Below, one piece after another: positions 46,541-56,528 of a stretch of 64,000 nt of DNA (position 1 is the stretch's first letter; each line of letters starts with the position of its first letter). Source of the DNA: a virus; IMG/VR virus record IMGVR_UViG_3300044695_001206, positions 3,411 to 67,410 of that record; one strand, given 5' to 3'. The notes beneath the pieces were generated by a model, which had not been told where the DNA came from, did not search any database, and worked only from the letters and a program-made list of their open reading frames with translations. Made by a program: the position numbers and the translations under genes.

Positions 46541-47576
46541 TTAAATCTCCGAACATTGTTGGATACTTGGACATTGCTGTATAAATACTTTCAGCTAGTT
46601 CTTGTTCATTAGTAATACGCTTGCTAGCAATCTCTCCTTTAAGACCACGAATAATCTGGTCTTGTGGATTGCTTTCAGCATTGATGGAGAAAGCTTCACC
46701 CCAACGATCAAGGGCATAGAAGCCTTGTTCAAGAAGCTTGGTAGCCTCCATTGCAGACTGTCTTTCTTGCATTGAAATGACTGAGCGTTGTGCTGATAGT
46801 TTCATATCAACAGCTTGCTTGATTGGGTTGATTGCGCTGTCTCTAACTAAGACTTGCTCAGCAAACGATGGCGCACCAAACTGATCTTTTGGAAATACTT
46901 GCTGTCTATTTTCAACAGCAAAGCCGGGAATAAACTGGTTGTTTTGTCCATAGATTCCAATACGGCCATTAATAACATTAGCGACATCAAATAGATTTAG
47001 CTGCTCTAGTCTTACAAAGTCAGCAGTGTGCTGTTCAACAGATACATCGGGATCAAGATCATTCTGTAAGATAAAGTTATTTATCTTGTCAGATAATGAT
47101 TTGCTATAGACTTGATTAGCCTTACTAAGATTAGCATTGGCAACCGTTGTTGATAGCTTTGCCAACTCTGGCTCCAGCACAGTTCTTGCCCATGCTGGCG
47201 AGTTATCAATACGATCTCTTAAGAAGAACTCTTTATTAGAGACTCCATTAATTAAGTTGACTTCGTTTAGTGTTACATTAACAAAGTCAGACTGTGCTCC
47301 TTCTATTCCCCTTGGATGAATGTTTTGATATGTTTGCCAGTATTCGTTACGAGCATTATTGGACATACCATCAACATTAATATTTTTTTTCCAGTAGTTG
47401 AAACGACTTACTGGATTATTTGGGTACATTTTAGAAGCAACTTCTGATACCTGTTTAATCTTTGCAATATCCTGCTTATCAATTAGTTCTTGTTCTTTTG
47501 TAGATATAGAGATTGTTCCTGATACAGACTCAGAAGCAATCTTCTGCAAAGAAGACATAAGATCTTTCTTAGCCAT
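46524..47576 (-). CDS. Putative internal virion protein
   Basis: SD GGAGG; lies between the gp14-like and the large core proteins. Confidence 0.6.
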   Translation of the reverse strand: MAKKDLMSSLQKIASESVSGTISISTKEQELIDKQDIAKIKQVSEVASKMYPNNPVSRFNYWKKNINVDGMSNNARNEYWQTYQNIHPRGIEGAQSDFVNVTLNEVNLINGVSNKEFFLRDRIDNSPAWARTVLEPELAKLSTTVANANLSKANQVYSKSLSDKINNFILQNDLDPDVSVEQHTADFVRLEQLNLFDVANVINGRIGIYGQNNQFIPGFAVENRQQVFPKDQFGAPSFAEQVLVRDSAINPIKQAVDMKLSAQRSVISMQERQSAMEATKLLEQGFYALDRWGEAFSINAESNPQDQIIRGLKGEIASKRITNEQELAESIYTAMSKYPTMFGDLNGTTE

Positions 47577-47609
47577 TAACTACCTCCAAGTTGAAATAAT
47601 TGAGTTGTA

Positions 47610-48389
47610 TTATGGATTAAAGTAAACACTACCTACTCCTGTGTATGGTGCTGCTTGGCTACTTATATTCCCATATCCCGGCATAACTCTTCTTGATTCC
47701 ATATCAGCACTTGCATATGGAGCACTACCGCCACCACCACCGCCACCGAATCCGCCGCCATATTGCAACTGTGCATTAATACCAGCAGACGCACCCTGCA
47801 GACCAGCCTGAATAAGTCCGGTTGTCAAAGCGGCACTAGAGTTATCTGGAATACCACCCTTAGCTGGAATAAAGATACCAAGATCTGGGGCAATAGATGA
47901 AGCTCTTTGGGCAAGCCGTGCTTGCTGTTGAGTTACAATATCCTGATAGGCACTTCTATGGTTTAACTTTAGAGCTACCATGTTATTACCTAGTGACTCA
48001 ATGTTCTGACGGAATAAGGCTCGGGCTGTACCACTAGTTGGGTTCATTCCCCGGCCTGTTGTTGCTGCCAAGAACTGTGCGTTAACTTGAGCAGTCTGTT
48101 TACTTAGTGTACTTTTTTGATTGTTAAAAGACTTGTCTAAATAAAGCTCGGCCATTGCTCGTTCTTTATTTGCAGCCCTTTCAATTTGTACATTTCTTTC
48201 AAGATTAGCTTGGAACTGGCGCATTGTATTTCTATCTTGCGCCTGCTTTTGCCACTGTGCTTGAAAGTTTGCATTACGCTGCTGGATTTCTGCAGCCATT
48301 GCTTGAGACTTAGCTTGGCTTGAAGCACCAAGCGCACCCATTACTCCTGAAGCTAAAGCCATTCCACCAAGTGCAATTGCTACGCCCAT
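47610..48389 (-). CDS. Internal virion protein, T7 gp14-like
   Basis: Ala/Gly-rich hydrophobic N-terminus, Q/A-rich helix, G...SGT..AL motif, Gly-rich C-terminus. Confidence 0.7.
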   Translation of the reverse strand: MGVAIALGGMALASGVMGALGASSQAKSQAMAAEIQQRNANFQAQWQKQAQDRNTMRQFQANLERNVQIERAANKERAMAELYLDKSFNNQKSTLSKQTAQVNAQFLAATTGRGMNPTSGTARALFRQNIESLGNNMVALKLNHRSAYQDIVTQQQARLAQRASSIAPDLGIFIPAKGGIPDNSSAALTTGLIQAGLQGASAGINAQLQYGGGFGGGGGGGSAPYASADMESRRVMPGYGNISSQAAPYTGVGSVYFNP

Positions 48390-48877
48390 TTTAGTCCTCT
48401 TTCTATGAATAAGAGAATTTCATCTAACGAAGAATTTAGATCTTCAGTATAGACTCTCTTTAGTTTAGTTTCTTCAAAAGTTGATAACCATTTTTCTGTA
48501 TTCTCAATAAAAGGAAACAATGAAGATGAAGGAGAATCTAAAGACAATAATGAAGGATTTAATCTACATTCATCTTTAAATACCTTATAAATGCTAGCTA
48601 GTTGAGCTAGTTTATCTTGTCGTTCTAATACAACAATACCACCTATATTTTGTTTATCAATCGTTAAAAAAGTAGGATACCATAGTTTAACCAAACAATT
48701 ATTTATTGTTGGATTGTATATAGGTGTTTCCCAATATCCATTTATATTGTGTTCTTCGACAGTTAAGTTAGATATAAACTTATGTCCATGTATAGGTATT
48801 CCTTTTTGTTTTGCTTGTTGCATTACAAAGGATGTCCCTGTTCTTGGACCTAAGCCTGTTACTATAACTATACTCAT
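48380..48877 (-). CDS. Sulfotransferase-like P-loop protein
   Basis: VIVTGLGPRTGTS (PAPS 5'-PSB-like), N..GYWE, VVLER, VYTEDL motifs. Confidence 0.6.
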   Translation of the reverse strand: MSIVIVTGLGPRTGTSFVMQQAKQKGIPIHGHKFISNLTVEEHNINGYWETPIYNPTINNCLVKLWYPTFLTIDKQNIGGIVVLERQDKLAQLASIYKVFKDECRLNPSLLSLDSPSSSLFPFIENTEKWLSTFEETKLKRVYTEDLNSSLDEILLFIERGLKWA

Positions 48878-50559
48878 TTTCTTTTGCGGTTTAGAATTGA
48901 TTTACCAAACTTATTTTCTTTTGGTTCTTTTCCATTTAGCAGGACAGCACCAGAGATTCTATCTCCTAGAATACCTAGGGATCTCTTGTTGCCCATCCAT
49001 TCTTTTACTTTATTCTTGTAATCTTCTTCTTGTCTTACAACCATTTCCTTTTCAGGGTCGATTGCCAAAGCATCAGTCCAGTAAGACACAGCAGCAGCAA
49101 GGACATCAACACGGTCATCGTGCTTCAGTGCTCCGCGCTTTTCCTGCATTCTGGTAATCTGAATTTGATTATCTTTGTTAAGCAATACTTGAGTATCCAT
49201 GACAAGTCTATGCTGAGACATGATAGGTTCAAGAGTATTGATTATTCGTATTTCCTTTTGACCAGATACCTTGAATTCCTCAATAGCAACCTGACCACAA
49301 TTTTGCATAACGACGGGTGTAAGAATCTTTCCAAACATACCATCACCATAGTTAGACTCATATCTAACTAGATTGATATTGTACTGATTGATTAACTTAC
49401 AGATTTGTTTTAATGTGGGTGTGTCGTACCCGCCTTGGATACCAATGAGTTCATGGATGACAACATAACCATGAGCGAATGACGCAACGCATATTGCAGT
49501 TTCATCCGCGCCACGACCAGAGGGGTCAATGAAGAGAACGGTCTGTGAGTACGGGACAAACTTAGGTTCAATGTGCATCGGCTCATAGACTAGATCTCCC
49601 TTCATGCCGAACGAGGATACCCGCCTATTAACCACGCTCTTTGCATGGACTATTTTTACGGGGAATACTTCTGGATCGACATCAATAACAATTAAGTCTT
49701 GGAGTCTGAGCGGATACTTTTTGTTGTCTGCTGAAGTAGTTTTGAGTTTATAGTGGAGTTCAAAGTTTGTAGGACCAATCTTTGCTTCAAGTTCAGCAAG
49801 CTTCTCATCCGAGAATCGTTCTGGCTGAGTCGAACAACCCGGCTCCATACCCAACTGCAGCACATAGGAATCAACATCTTCAGTATCCTCTGCATTATCC
49901 AAGTCTGGCATTACCGCTGGAAACTTGATAATCTTGTAGATACCACCTAGTTTATTATATACAGAGTCTTTGGATTGTGGTGTACCAAGAAATCTGATTG
50001 AGCAGTCCTCGCCTTTGTTCTTGACATTCTCAAGTTCAAGGCAACGCTCCCATAGTTTCTCTCTAGCCTGTGGGCTATCGGAGTTCTCAGGAATCTCTAC
50101 ATCGTCACCAATGATCTTGTCTGCGTGTAGACCTGTAATCTGGGAGGTAATACCTCTGGCAGTTACTGATAGATCCTGAGTGAACTTAGTTCTATTGTTT
50201 ACATTAAAACCAAAAGCACTATCCTTATCGGACTCTTGTGGTTCTAGCGTTGTCATGTATGGAACTAAAGTTAGAATGTTTCTGGTCTGGGATACGAACT
50301 TGATTGCCTTGTCTGCTGTGGCAGAAAGTACAAGTATTGTAGTATTAGGATTCCGTAATAGAACCCAAGATACATAGCAAGCCGTAATTACACTCTTGCC
50401 AGCACCACGCCCTGCCTGTAGGATATGGTCGTTTGGACCATCCTGTAGGCGGTTGGCTATGGCATACTGGAGTGGGGTAGGTTCACCCAATCCCAAATAC
50501 TTAAAACAAAAATAGAGGTGATTACGGAAGTCGTCTATGACCTCTGGGGGTGGCTTCAT
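48874..50559 (-). CDS. terL: Terminase large subunit (T7 gp19-like)
   Basis: LQAGRGAGKS, GITSQITG, IIGDDVE, LGTPQ, IDPSGRG.DET, ESNYGDGMF, HDDRVD. Confidence 0.97.
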   Translation of the reverse strand: MKPPPEVIDDFRNHLYFCFKYLGLGEPTPLQYAIANRLQDGPNDHILQAGRGAGKSVITACYVSWVLLRNPNTTILVLSATADKAIKFVSQTRNILTLVPYMTTLEPQESDKDSAFGFNVNNRTKFTQDLSVTARGITSQITGLHADKIIGDDVEIPENSDSPQAREKLWERCLELENVKNKGEDCSIRFLGTPQSKDSVYNKLGGIYKIIKFPAVMPDLDNAEDTEDVDSYVLQLGMEPGCSTQPERFSDEKLAELEAKIGPTNFELHYKLKTTSADNKKYPLRLQDLIVIDVDPEVFPVKIVHAKSVVNRRVSSFGMKGDLVYEPMHIEPKFVPYSQTVLFIDPSGRGADETAICVASFAHGYVVIHELIGIQGGYDTPTLKQICKLINQYNINLVRYESNYGDGMFGKILTPVVMQNCGQVAIEEFKVSGQKEIRIINTLEPIMSQHRLVMDTQVLLNKDNQIQITRMQEKRGALKHDDRVDVLAAAVSYWTDALAIDPEKEMVVRQEEDYKNKVKEWMGNKRSLGILGDRISGAVLLNGKEPKENKFGKSILNRKRK

Positions 50560-50641
50560 GGTTTGCCTCCTAATGGCCCTAGAATGGCCTATAAACGGTT
50601 TTAATGTGTCATGGCTATCTGGGTAGCCTAAATCAAACGAA

Positions 50642-50673
50642 TGGTTCCTAAGGGCATTTCTGCCCCTAGGAAC
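50642..50673 (-). other. Strong hairpin between the small and large terminase genes
   Basis: GGTTCCTAGGGGCA-GAAA-TGCCCTTAGGAACC with weak U-tail; terminator or processing site. Confidence 0.55.
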
Positions 50674-50679
50674 CGGATA

Positions 50680-50904
50680 TTAAATCTGTGACGATTTAAA
50701 CTTAAATGGCATTCTAGACTTTATGGACTCCTCAAGGGTATCCAAGGTGCTAGAAGGGATGCCATCTAATGCTTCCCGGTTGTCGTTAACCACGCCGCGA
50801 ACGACTTGGTATAGACCGGGTGTGGATTTTGTATCATCCTTAAGATCATTTAATAGTCTTTCTATTAAACTCTGATTAAGGAGATTGATTAGTTCTTTGT
50901 TCAC
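50680..50904 (-). CDS. Terminase small subunit (T7 gp18-like)
   Basis: Small helical protein upstream of TerL with TPGLY.VV...V.DN pattern. Confidence 0.6.
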   Translation of the reverse strand: MNKELINLLNQSLIERLLNDLKDDTKSTPGLYQVVRGVVNDNREALDGIPSSTLDTLEESIKSRMPFKFKSSQI

Positions 50905-51014
50905 TTCTTCTTGAAAAGCTCAGGAAGCTTGCTTACTGGTACGACAGAACCAGCAATGTAGCCTACTGCACAAAGCATAAGAGCGAACCAAACTGAACCT
51001 AGGAATGAATCCAT
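50901..51014 (-). CDS. Small membrane peptide MDSFLGSVWFALMLCAVGYIAGSVVPVSKLPELFKKK (possible lysis component)
   Basis: Hand-translated 37 aa, one TM helix plus basic tail; GTGA coupling. Confidence 0.6.
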   Translation of the reverse strand: MDSFLGSVWFALMLCAVGYIAGSVVPVSKLPELFKKK

Positions 51015-51015
51015 A

Positions 51016-51489
51016 TTATTTACTCACTTTCTTGTACGCAGCGTCGAACGCAGGATCACTGGCTCTCATCACTGCTATTGCTTCACGAATGGTGGTTGGA
51101 TCTGTATCATCCTTGGCTTCAGCTAGCACCTTAGCTTGCTGGAGTTTTTTATCAGGGATAAACAATCCTAATGAATAGACCACCTTTTTGATTAGGGAAC
51201 CTACTCCGGTATACCAGAGAAGGAAACATACACCGATTACCGCTAAGGCAATTGCCCCATAGGTAATCATATCTCCCCACCAAGGGATAGTATCTTTTAC
51301 ATTGCCAACGGCTCCTGCTATGTCTGATGATTCACTAATGATATTGTTAGCATGCTTGTGAGCTACTTTAATATCATTAGTTCTTATAATTGACATTGCT
51401 TCTCTTTGGATATAATGATTACTTGTGGATATTTCTTTAGTTGCAGAACATCCAGCCAAAAATACTAAGCCGATGAAATAACGGATCAT
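51016..51489 (-). CDS. Lipoprotein with internal TM helix (unimolecular-spanin-like candidate)
   Basis: Lipobox LAGC at the N-terminus; TM segment ITYGAIALAVIGVCFLLWY. Confidence 0.55.
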   Translation of the reverse strand: MIRYFIGLVFLAGCSATKEISTSNHYIQREAMSIIRTNDIKVAHKHANNIISESSDIAGAVGNVKDTIPWWGDMITYGAIALAVIGVCFLLWYTGVGSLIKKVVYSLGLFIPDKKLQQAKVLAEAKDDTDPTTIREAIAVMRASDPAFDAAYKKVSK

Positions 51490-51740
51490 TTTGACTCCAG
51501 CATTTCAACACGGTACTTTAGTGCCTTTAAGTCACCTACTACTGTGATGATGTTTTTGCTGTTTTCAATATCAGCCTTTACTAGATCTTTAGTTATTTCT
51601 TTGAGCTGCTTTAGCTCTTCTGAGTTAGATTCGATCATTGCTTCTCGTTTACCTAACCTGACAATGACAGTTACTACACCAATGGTAAGAATAGCTAACT
51701 GCATAACAGAAACATAAATTGCAAGGTTATTTTCAACCAT
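51486..51740 (-). CDS. Membrane protein with coiled coil (holin-like candidate)
   Basis: N-terminal TM helix; located right after the tail fibre; SD AAGGAG. Confidence 0.5.
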   Translation of the reverse strand: MVENNLAIYVSVMQLAILTIGVVTVIVRLGKREAMIESNSEELKQLKEITKDLVKADIENSKNIITVVGDLKALKYRVEMLESK

Positions 51741-51774
51741 AGTTACTCCTTAATAACTACAATACAAAATATAA

Positions 51775-54700
51775 TTATACGAGATACCAATGTAGTGTAA
51801 CTGCTTTTAGCCAAGTAGAAGAATTGGAACCAGCAGCCCCTGTTCCTCCGTTACGATTAAAATTAACAGAAGCAGCACTATTAAAAACAGTGGCACTTTG
51901 TATGTAATAAGAATAAAGGCCATCTCCAATACTGTTATTATAGTTAGTTCTTATTAACAGTCCTTTCCACTGTCTACCATCACCACTAGTACCAGGAGCA
52001 GTAGTGGTTTGTTGGGAATCCGCAGTGCCACTCCAACCATGGTTAACAATAACAGGCATAAAACGATTGTCAACATAATTCTTAGTAGTTACTGTAGTAG
52101 CCGCATCTCCAGAAACAGTAGCCGCTGAACTGATCTTACCAGTAGCAGTAATAGCACCAGTTACACCCAAGCCATTAGACAATGATGTAACACCTGAAGA
52201 ATTGATAGTAAGCCTATCTGTATTATCAGTTTTTACAATAAAGCTACCAGTAGCACTAGCACCAGTACCAAGAACTTGGTCTGTAGATCCAGTAGTAAGA
52301 TTACCAGCAATAGCCATATAAGTTCCAAGGCTTGCTGTAGTTGCATAAGGCGACAAGGCTGTAGTTAAAGCAGCCTGAGTAATAATCTCATTATTAGCGA
52401 CAGGAGCTGTAGCGATTGTATTATTAGCTACAAGCCATGCTTTACCAGAAGTAGGAACTCTTAGTACTAGATCGCCAGCTGTTGCTGGAGATACGGTAGA
52501 TGCCTGTCGGTTAATACTTGTAGTGCTACTAGCTGCTCCAAGTGAAATCTTACTTTCGCTGTTTAGGAGAGTTAGTGTAGATGGTGAGTTGATTGTAACA
52601 TTACCAACTAGTGTAGTTGCTCCGTCTACATTCAAAGTACTATCGACATCCAATGGTGATTGAATATTTACAATACCAGTTCCATTGGGATCTAGATTAA
52701 TATTACCATTAGTATCAGTACTAATGATTGTGTTGTTGCTAGAACCTAGTGTTAGATTCTTAGCAGTAACAGAACCAAAAGTTGGAGTAGCTGCTGTATG
52801 GATTGCTTGTGGTAGCGTCAGTGTAACTGATCCAGTTGAAGCTGAAACATTTACTTGATTTGTTGTACCAGCAAGTGAAGTTACACCAGCATTAGCAATA
52901 GTAAATTCATCTGTACCAGTGGTTGCTGTTAGTGTAATACCAGAACCTTGATTAATAGTTAAAGTATCAGTTGAGCTATCAGCAGCTAAATTAGTACCAG
53001 CAACAACAACAGTTCCAAAAGTATTTGGAGGTGTGGTTGAGTTAGTAATAGTAATTGTCTTAGAAGTGTTATCACCAGTAAGGCTAATGCCAGTACCAGC
53101 ACTAAGGGTCAAATTAGTGCTGTTGGTATTTGCTGTTACTCCAGTACCACCAGCAGTGACAGTCTTAAAGATATTCTGAGAAGAACCAAGATCTGAGTTG
53201 GTAACAGTAAATGTTGTACCTTCACCTGCAGTACCACTAAGTGAAATACCTGTACCAGCACTAATGGAAGCAACATAGTTACCTGTAGTATGAGTACCAA
53301 GGGTAATTGAGTCCGCAGCTGGAGATGTGTTTAGTGAAACATTACCGCTACCATTAAATGAAACACCTGTAGCAGTTACAGCACCAGTAATACTAAAGGT
53401 ACGGCTATTTTGGAGAGTAGTTGCTGTAGCTGCGTTATCACCAATGAATGCAATAGTTTTAGTTGTTCCTGCACTACGGAACTTTAGAATTCCGTTGTTG
53501 TGCCAAAGATCTCCATCTGCAAGAGTAGATGGATCTAAAGCAGCTGAAGGAAGAAGCATATTTGCTCTTCCAGAAGTAGGAGCAGCAAAAGACAATTTAC
53601 CTGTCATTTGCTGTGTACCATCTAGTAACATACTAGCTAGTCTTAGTGAATTTACAGCACTACCTGAAGCAGCTGTAGATGAGCTAGTTGAGTTTATATT
53701 GTCTGTGAGATTTACACTAGCAACACCGCTACTAATAGTAAGACCAGTACCTTGCTTAATACCGCCGATTTGAGTATTAGTTGCTTGCTTAAGTGAAATA
53801 GCACCAACGCCATCAACATTAATACCACCATCGTTACCAGCAAGAATAGATACAACACCAGTAGAGCTTGCGGTTGCTGTAGCACCTGAAACAAGACGAG
53901 ACAATCCAAAGTTTCTTGTTACAAGATTTCCTGAAGGAGTTGCTCCGGTTGTTAACCAAATGTTTAGAACCTTATTTGCTCCTCCTGATGTATCTAACCA
54001 GAAATAGCCATCATGTACAGTACCTGCTATAGCAGCTGCTGAGTAAGGTACAAAAGTCTTTGTAACTGAATCAGCTTCAAGCAAAATCATAAAGCTATTA
54101 ACAGCACCAAGATCAGTAAAGGTTCTTTGATATCTATCAAAGCCTGTTAGATGACCTGATGTTTTTGATAGTGGTGACCAAGCATCTCTGTAGATCTGTG
54201 GTGTTGTAGAGCCAATTAATGTTGTTCCGGGTGTTAAAACTAGGTTTTGAATAAAACCATAGTTAACAGCATCGTTTTCTGTTATGCTAGCTGGAGCACG
54301 CATTGTCATGTTTATAACTGGTGCAGTAGCTGCACTAATTATACCACCAGATACAACAAGAGCATTTGCTTCAAGGTAGTTTTTTGTTACTACATCTTGA
54401 GCATTTGTTGGATTAGCAACATTAGCAATTCTTCTATTGCTGCCATTGTTTGCTGTATAAACAGAATTACCAGAGTCCCAAGCTAAAGCATTGTTAGTGA
54501 CAACACTAGTTGGAATTCTTCCAACATCAAAAGTACCTGTTGTGATCTTAGCAGCATCTAAAGAAGGAATGTCTGTTGCTGTTAGATTTCTTGGTGTAAT
54601 AGAAGATACTCTTCCTTTATTATCAGTTACAATAGTAAGAGCTGGTTGAGTATCTCCATATGTTCCTGCTGTTCCTGTGTTTGGAAGAGAGTTAACAGGT

Positions 54701-56517
54701 AGTTCAAACGAACCGGGACTTCCTGCATTAATACTTCCTAAAGGAATATTAGTAGGAATAAAGGTAAGAGGAATAGTTCCTTGACCAGCTGTTGTTGTAT
54801 CTAACTTAGCAAATAGAATAGAACCATCTGCAATAGCATCTTTTGGTAAAGTATATCCCTGTGAAAGTGCTGCACTTAGTTTAGTAAGAGGAATGCTATT
54901 AGGAAGATCGTTTTCTTCCATGCTACGATGAGTAATAGCTGTTACACGACCCTTAGCATCATAAGTAACTCGTAACATATTGTTAGAGTTATTTGCTGCA
55001 TTTTGACCATATGTTCCTGATCCAGTTACGCTTGTTGCTGGTAAATCGTTTACTTCAATATCACGATGAGAAGCACTAGTAATAATGCCTTTATTATCGA
55101 CAGTAAAGCGTGTAAGAACATTTGTTCCAGTGCCAGATGCAGCACCATAAGTAGCTGCTGTGACACCACTAGTTGGAAGATCGTTATTACCTAAACTTCT
55201 TTGGGTTGCTCCAGTAATTCTACCTTTATTATCAACAACAAGTTGTAGCATGTTGTTATTATTATTAGCAGTACTCTGGCCGTAAGTATTAGCCGTTACT
55301 CCACTGGTTGGAAGATCTTCAGCTGCCATATTACGAGAAGCAATAGCAGTTGCTCTACCCTTAGCATCGACAGTCATGTATACCATGTTATTGGTATTGC
55401 CAGCTGTAGATACACCATAGTTTCCTTCTGTTGCTCCACTGTTAGCTAAAGCATCTGTTGGTAGTGTATAGCCTTGTCCTGAAACACCACTTAACTTTGA
55501 TAGTGGAATATTGCTAAGGACAGTATTAGTCAATGTACCTGTAGTAATATTGGTTGCGTTGCGTACTTGGCCTAGCGTAGCTGCATCTGTATCATCAACA
55601 GCGTTTGCCATATTAGTAATTCTTAAAGCAGAACCACCAACTGGAGTTGCTGTAAAATTACCAGAAAATGGTACGGCTGCACCACCATTCATAGTTGTTC
55701 GGCGTACTGTTCCCTTAGTAATAGCATCATATACAGCACCAACATTGGTTGCATAAGTTGCACCAGATACTAGACCAGCACCAACACCAGTACTAAACTC
55801 TTCATTAACTTCACCAATAGATAAACTATTTAGATCAGTAATGTAGTTGTTAGACATCTTAAGATCGCTGCCACCCAAGAACGGACCATCAACAGCATTC
55901 TCATCAAACTTCAGAATAATTTCATTTCTAACTTTAGCAACAAGTTCTTGAAGAATGAACTTTAGCTGATTAAACTGAAGATTCAACTGTGTTGTAGTTA
56001 GTCTTGTGCCGGGAGCGAAAGTAACAATACTGTCAATAGATAAAGTTTTTCTTCTAATGATTACAGTATCTGCTTGTCTTACAACATTATTAACACTTGT
56101 ACCAACATTGTTAACTAAGAAGTTAGGAATATCTAAAGTTTGTGGATCTCCATTTGAATCTAGAGTCTCTAATACAAATGTTCTAGATGATGGATAATAT
56201 AAACTATTAGTAGTATAAGTTGGAATAGTACTAAGATCAACAACAGTTAAAATCTTTGTCTGTTCGTTGATTGAATACCATGCTTTAGGTAGAATAAATA
56301 TTTGCCGTCTATCAGCAATGGTAAATACATTCTCACCAAACTTTGTGTCATAGCCTGTATCAAAGATACGCTCGACCTCAATCTGATCTATAAGAGGAAC
56401 ATTAGGAAGAAAGCTAAGTGTACTTAAATCGAATGTTCTAGTAGAAATAGAAGGATCAAGTTCCCCTGAAAATGTCAGAGAAACTTGAGCAATTTCTAGG
56501 TTATTATATGTTGTCAT
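51775..56517 (-). CDS. Tail fibre protein (1580 aa)
   Basis: T7 gp17-like N-terminal anchor (IRRKT...F..GT.LT..QLN...Q..F..QE); tandem TYG...VD.KGR.T repeats; Thr/Gly/Ser-rich shaft. Confidence 0.9.
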   Translation of the reverse strand: MTTYNNLEIAQVSLTFSGELDPSISTRTFDLSTLSFLPNVPLIDQIEVERIFDTGYDTKFGENVFTIADRRQIFILPKAWYSINEQTKILTVVDLSTIPTYTTNSLYYPSSRTFVLETLDSNGDPQTLDIPNFLVNNVGTSVNNVVRQADTVIIRRKTLSIDSIVTFAPGTRLTTTQLNLQFNQLKFILQELVAKVRNEIILKFDENAVDGPFLGGSDLKMSNNYITDLNSLSIGEVNEEFSTGVGAGLVSGATYATNVGAVYDAITKGTVRRTTMNGGAAVPFSGNFTATPVGGSALRITNMANAVDDTDAATLGQVRNATNITTGTLTNTVLSNIPLSKLSGVSGQGYTLPTDALANSGATEGNYGVSTAGNTNNMVYMTVDAKGRATAIASRNMAAEDLPTSGVTANTYGQSTANNNNNMLQLVVDNKGRITGATQRSLGNNDLPTSGVTAATYGAASGTGTNVLTRFTVDNKGIITSASHRDIEVNDLPATSVTGSGTYGQNAANNSNNMLRVTYDAKGRVTAITHRSMEENDLPNSIPLTKLSAALSQGYTLPKDAIADGSILFAKLDTTTAGQGTIPLTFIPTNIPLGSINAGSPGSFELPVNSLPNTGTAGTYGDTQPALTIVTDNKGRVSSITPRNLTATDIPSLDAAKITTGTFDVGRIPTSVVTNNALAWDSGNSVYTANNGSNRRIANVANPTNAQDVVTKNYLEANALVVSGGIISAATAPVINMTMRAPASITENDAVNYGFIQNLVLTPGTTLIGSTTPQIYRDAWSPLSKTSGHLTGFDRYQRTFTDLGAVNSFMILLEADSVTKTFVPYSAAAIAGTVHDGYFWLDTSGGANKVLNIWLTTGATPSGNLVTRNFGLSRLVSGATATASSTGVVSILAGNDGGINVDGVGAISLKQATNTQIGGIKQGTGLTISSGVASVNLTDNINSTSSSTAASGSAVNSLRLASMLLDGTQQMTGKLSFAAPTSGRANMLLPSAALDPSTLADGDLWHNNGILKFRSAGTTKTIAFIGDNAATATTLQNSRTFSITGAVTATGVSFNGSGNVSLNTSPAADSITLGTHTTGNYVASISAGTGISLSGTAGEGTTFTVTNSDLGSSQNIFKTVTAGGTGVTANTNSTNLTLSAGTGISLTGDNTSKTITITNSTTPPNTFGTVVVAGTNLAADSSTDTLTINQGSGITLTATTGTDEFTIANAGVTSLAGTTNQVNVSASTGSVTLTLPQAIHTAATPTFGSVTAKNLTLGSSNNTIISTDTNGNINLDPNGTGIVNIQSPLDVDSTLNVDGATTLVGNVTINSPSTLTLLNSESKISLGAASSTTSINRQASTVSPATAGDLVLRVPTSGKAWLVANNTIATAPVANNEIITQAALTTALSPYATTASLGTYMAIAGNLTTGSTDQVLGTGASATGSFIVKTDNTDRLTINSSGVTSLSNGLGVTGAITATGKISSAATVSGDAATTVTTKNYVDNRFMPVIVNHGWSGTADSQQTTTAPGTSGDGRQWKGLLIRTNYNNSIGDGLYSYYIQSATVFNSAASVNFNRNGGTGAAGSNSSTWLKAVTLHWYLV

Positions 56518-56528
56518 TATTTCTCCGG

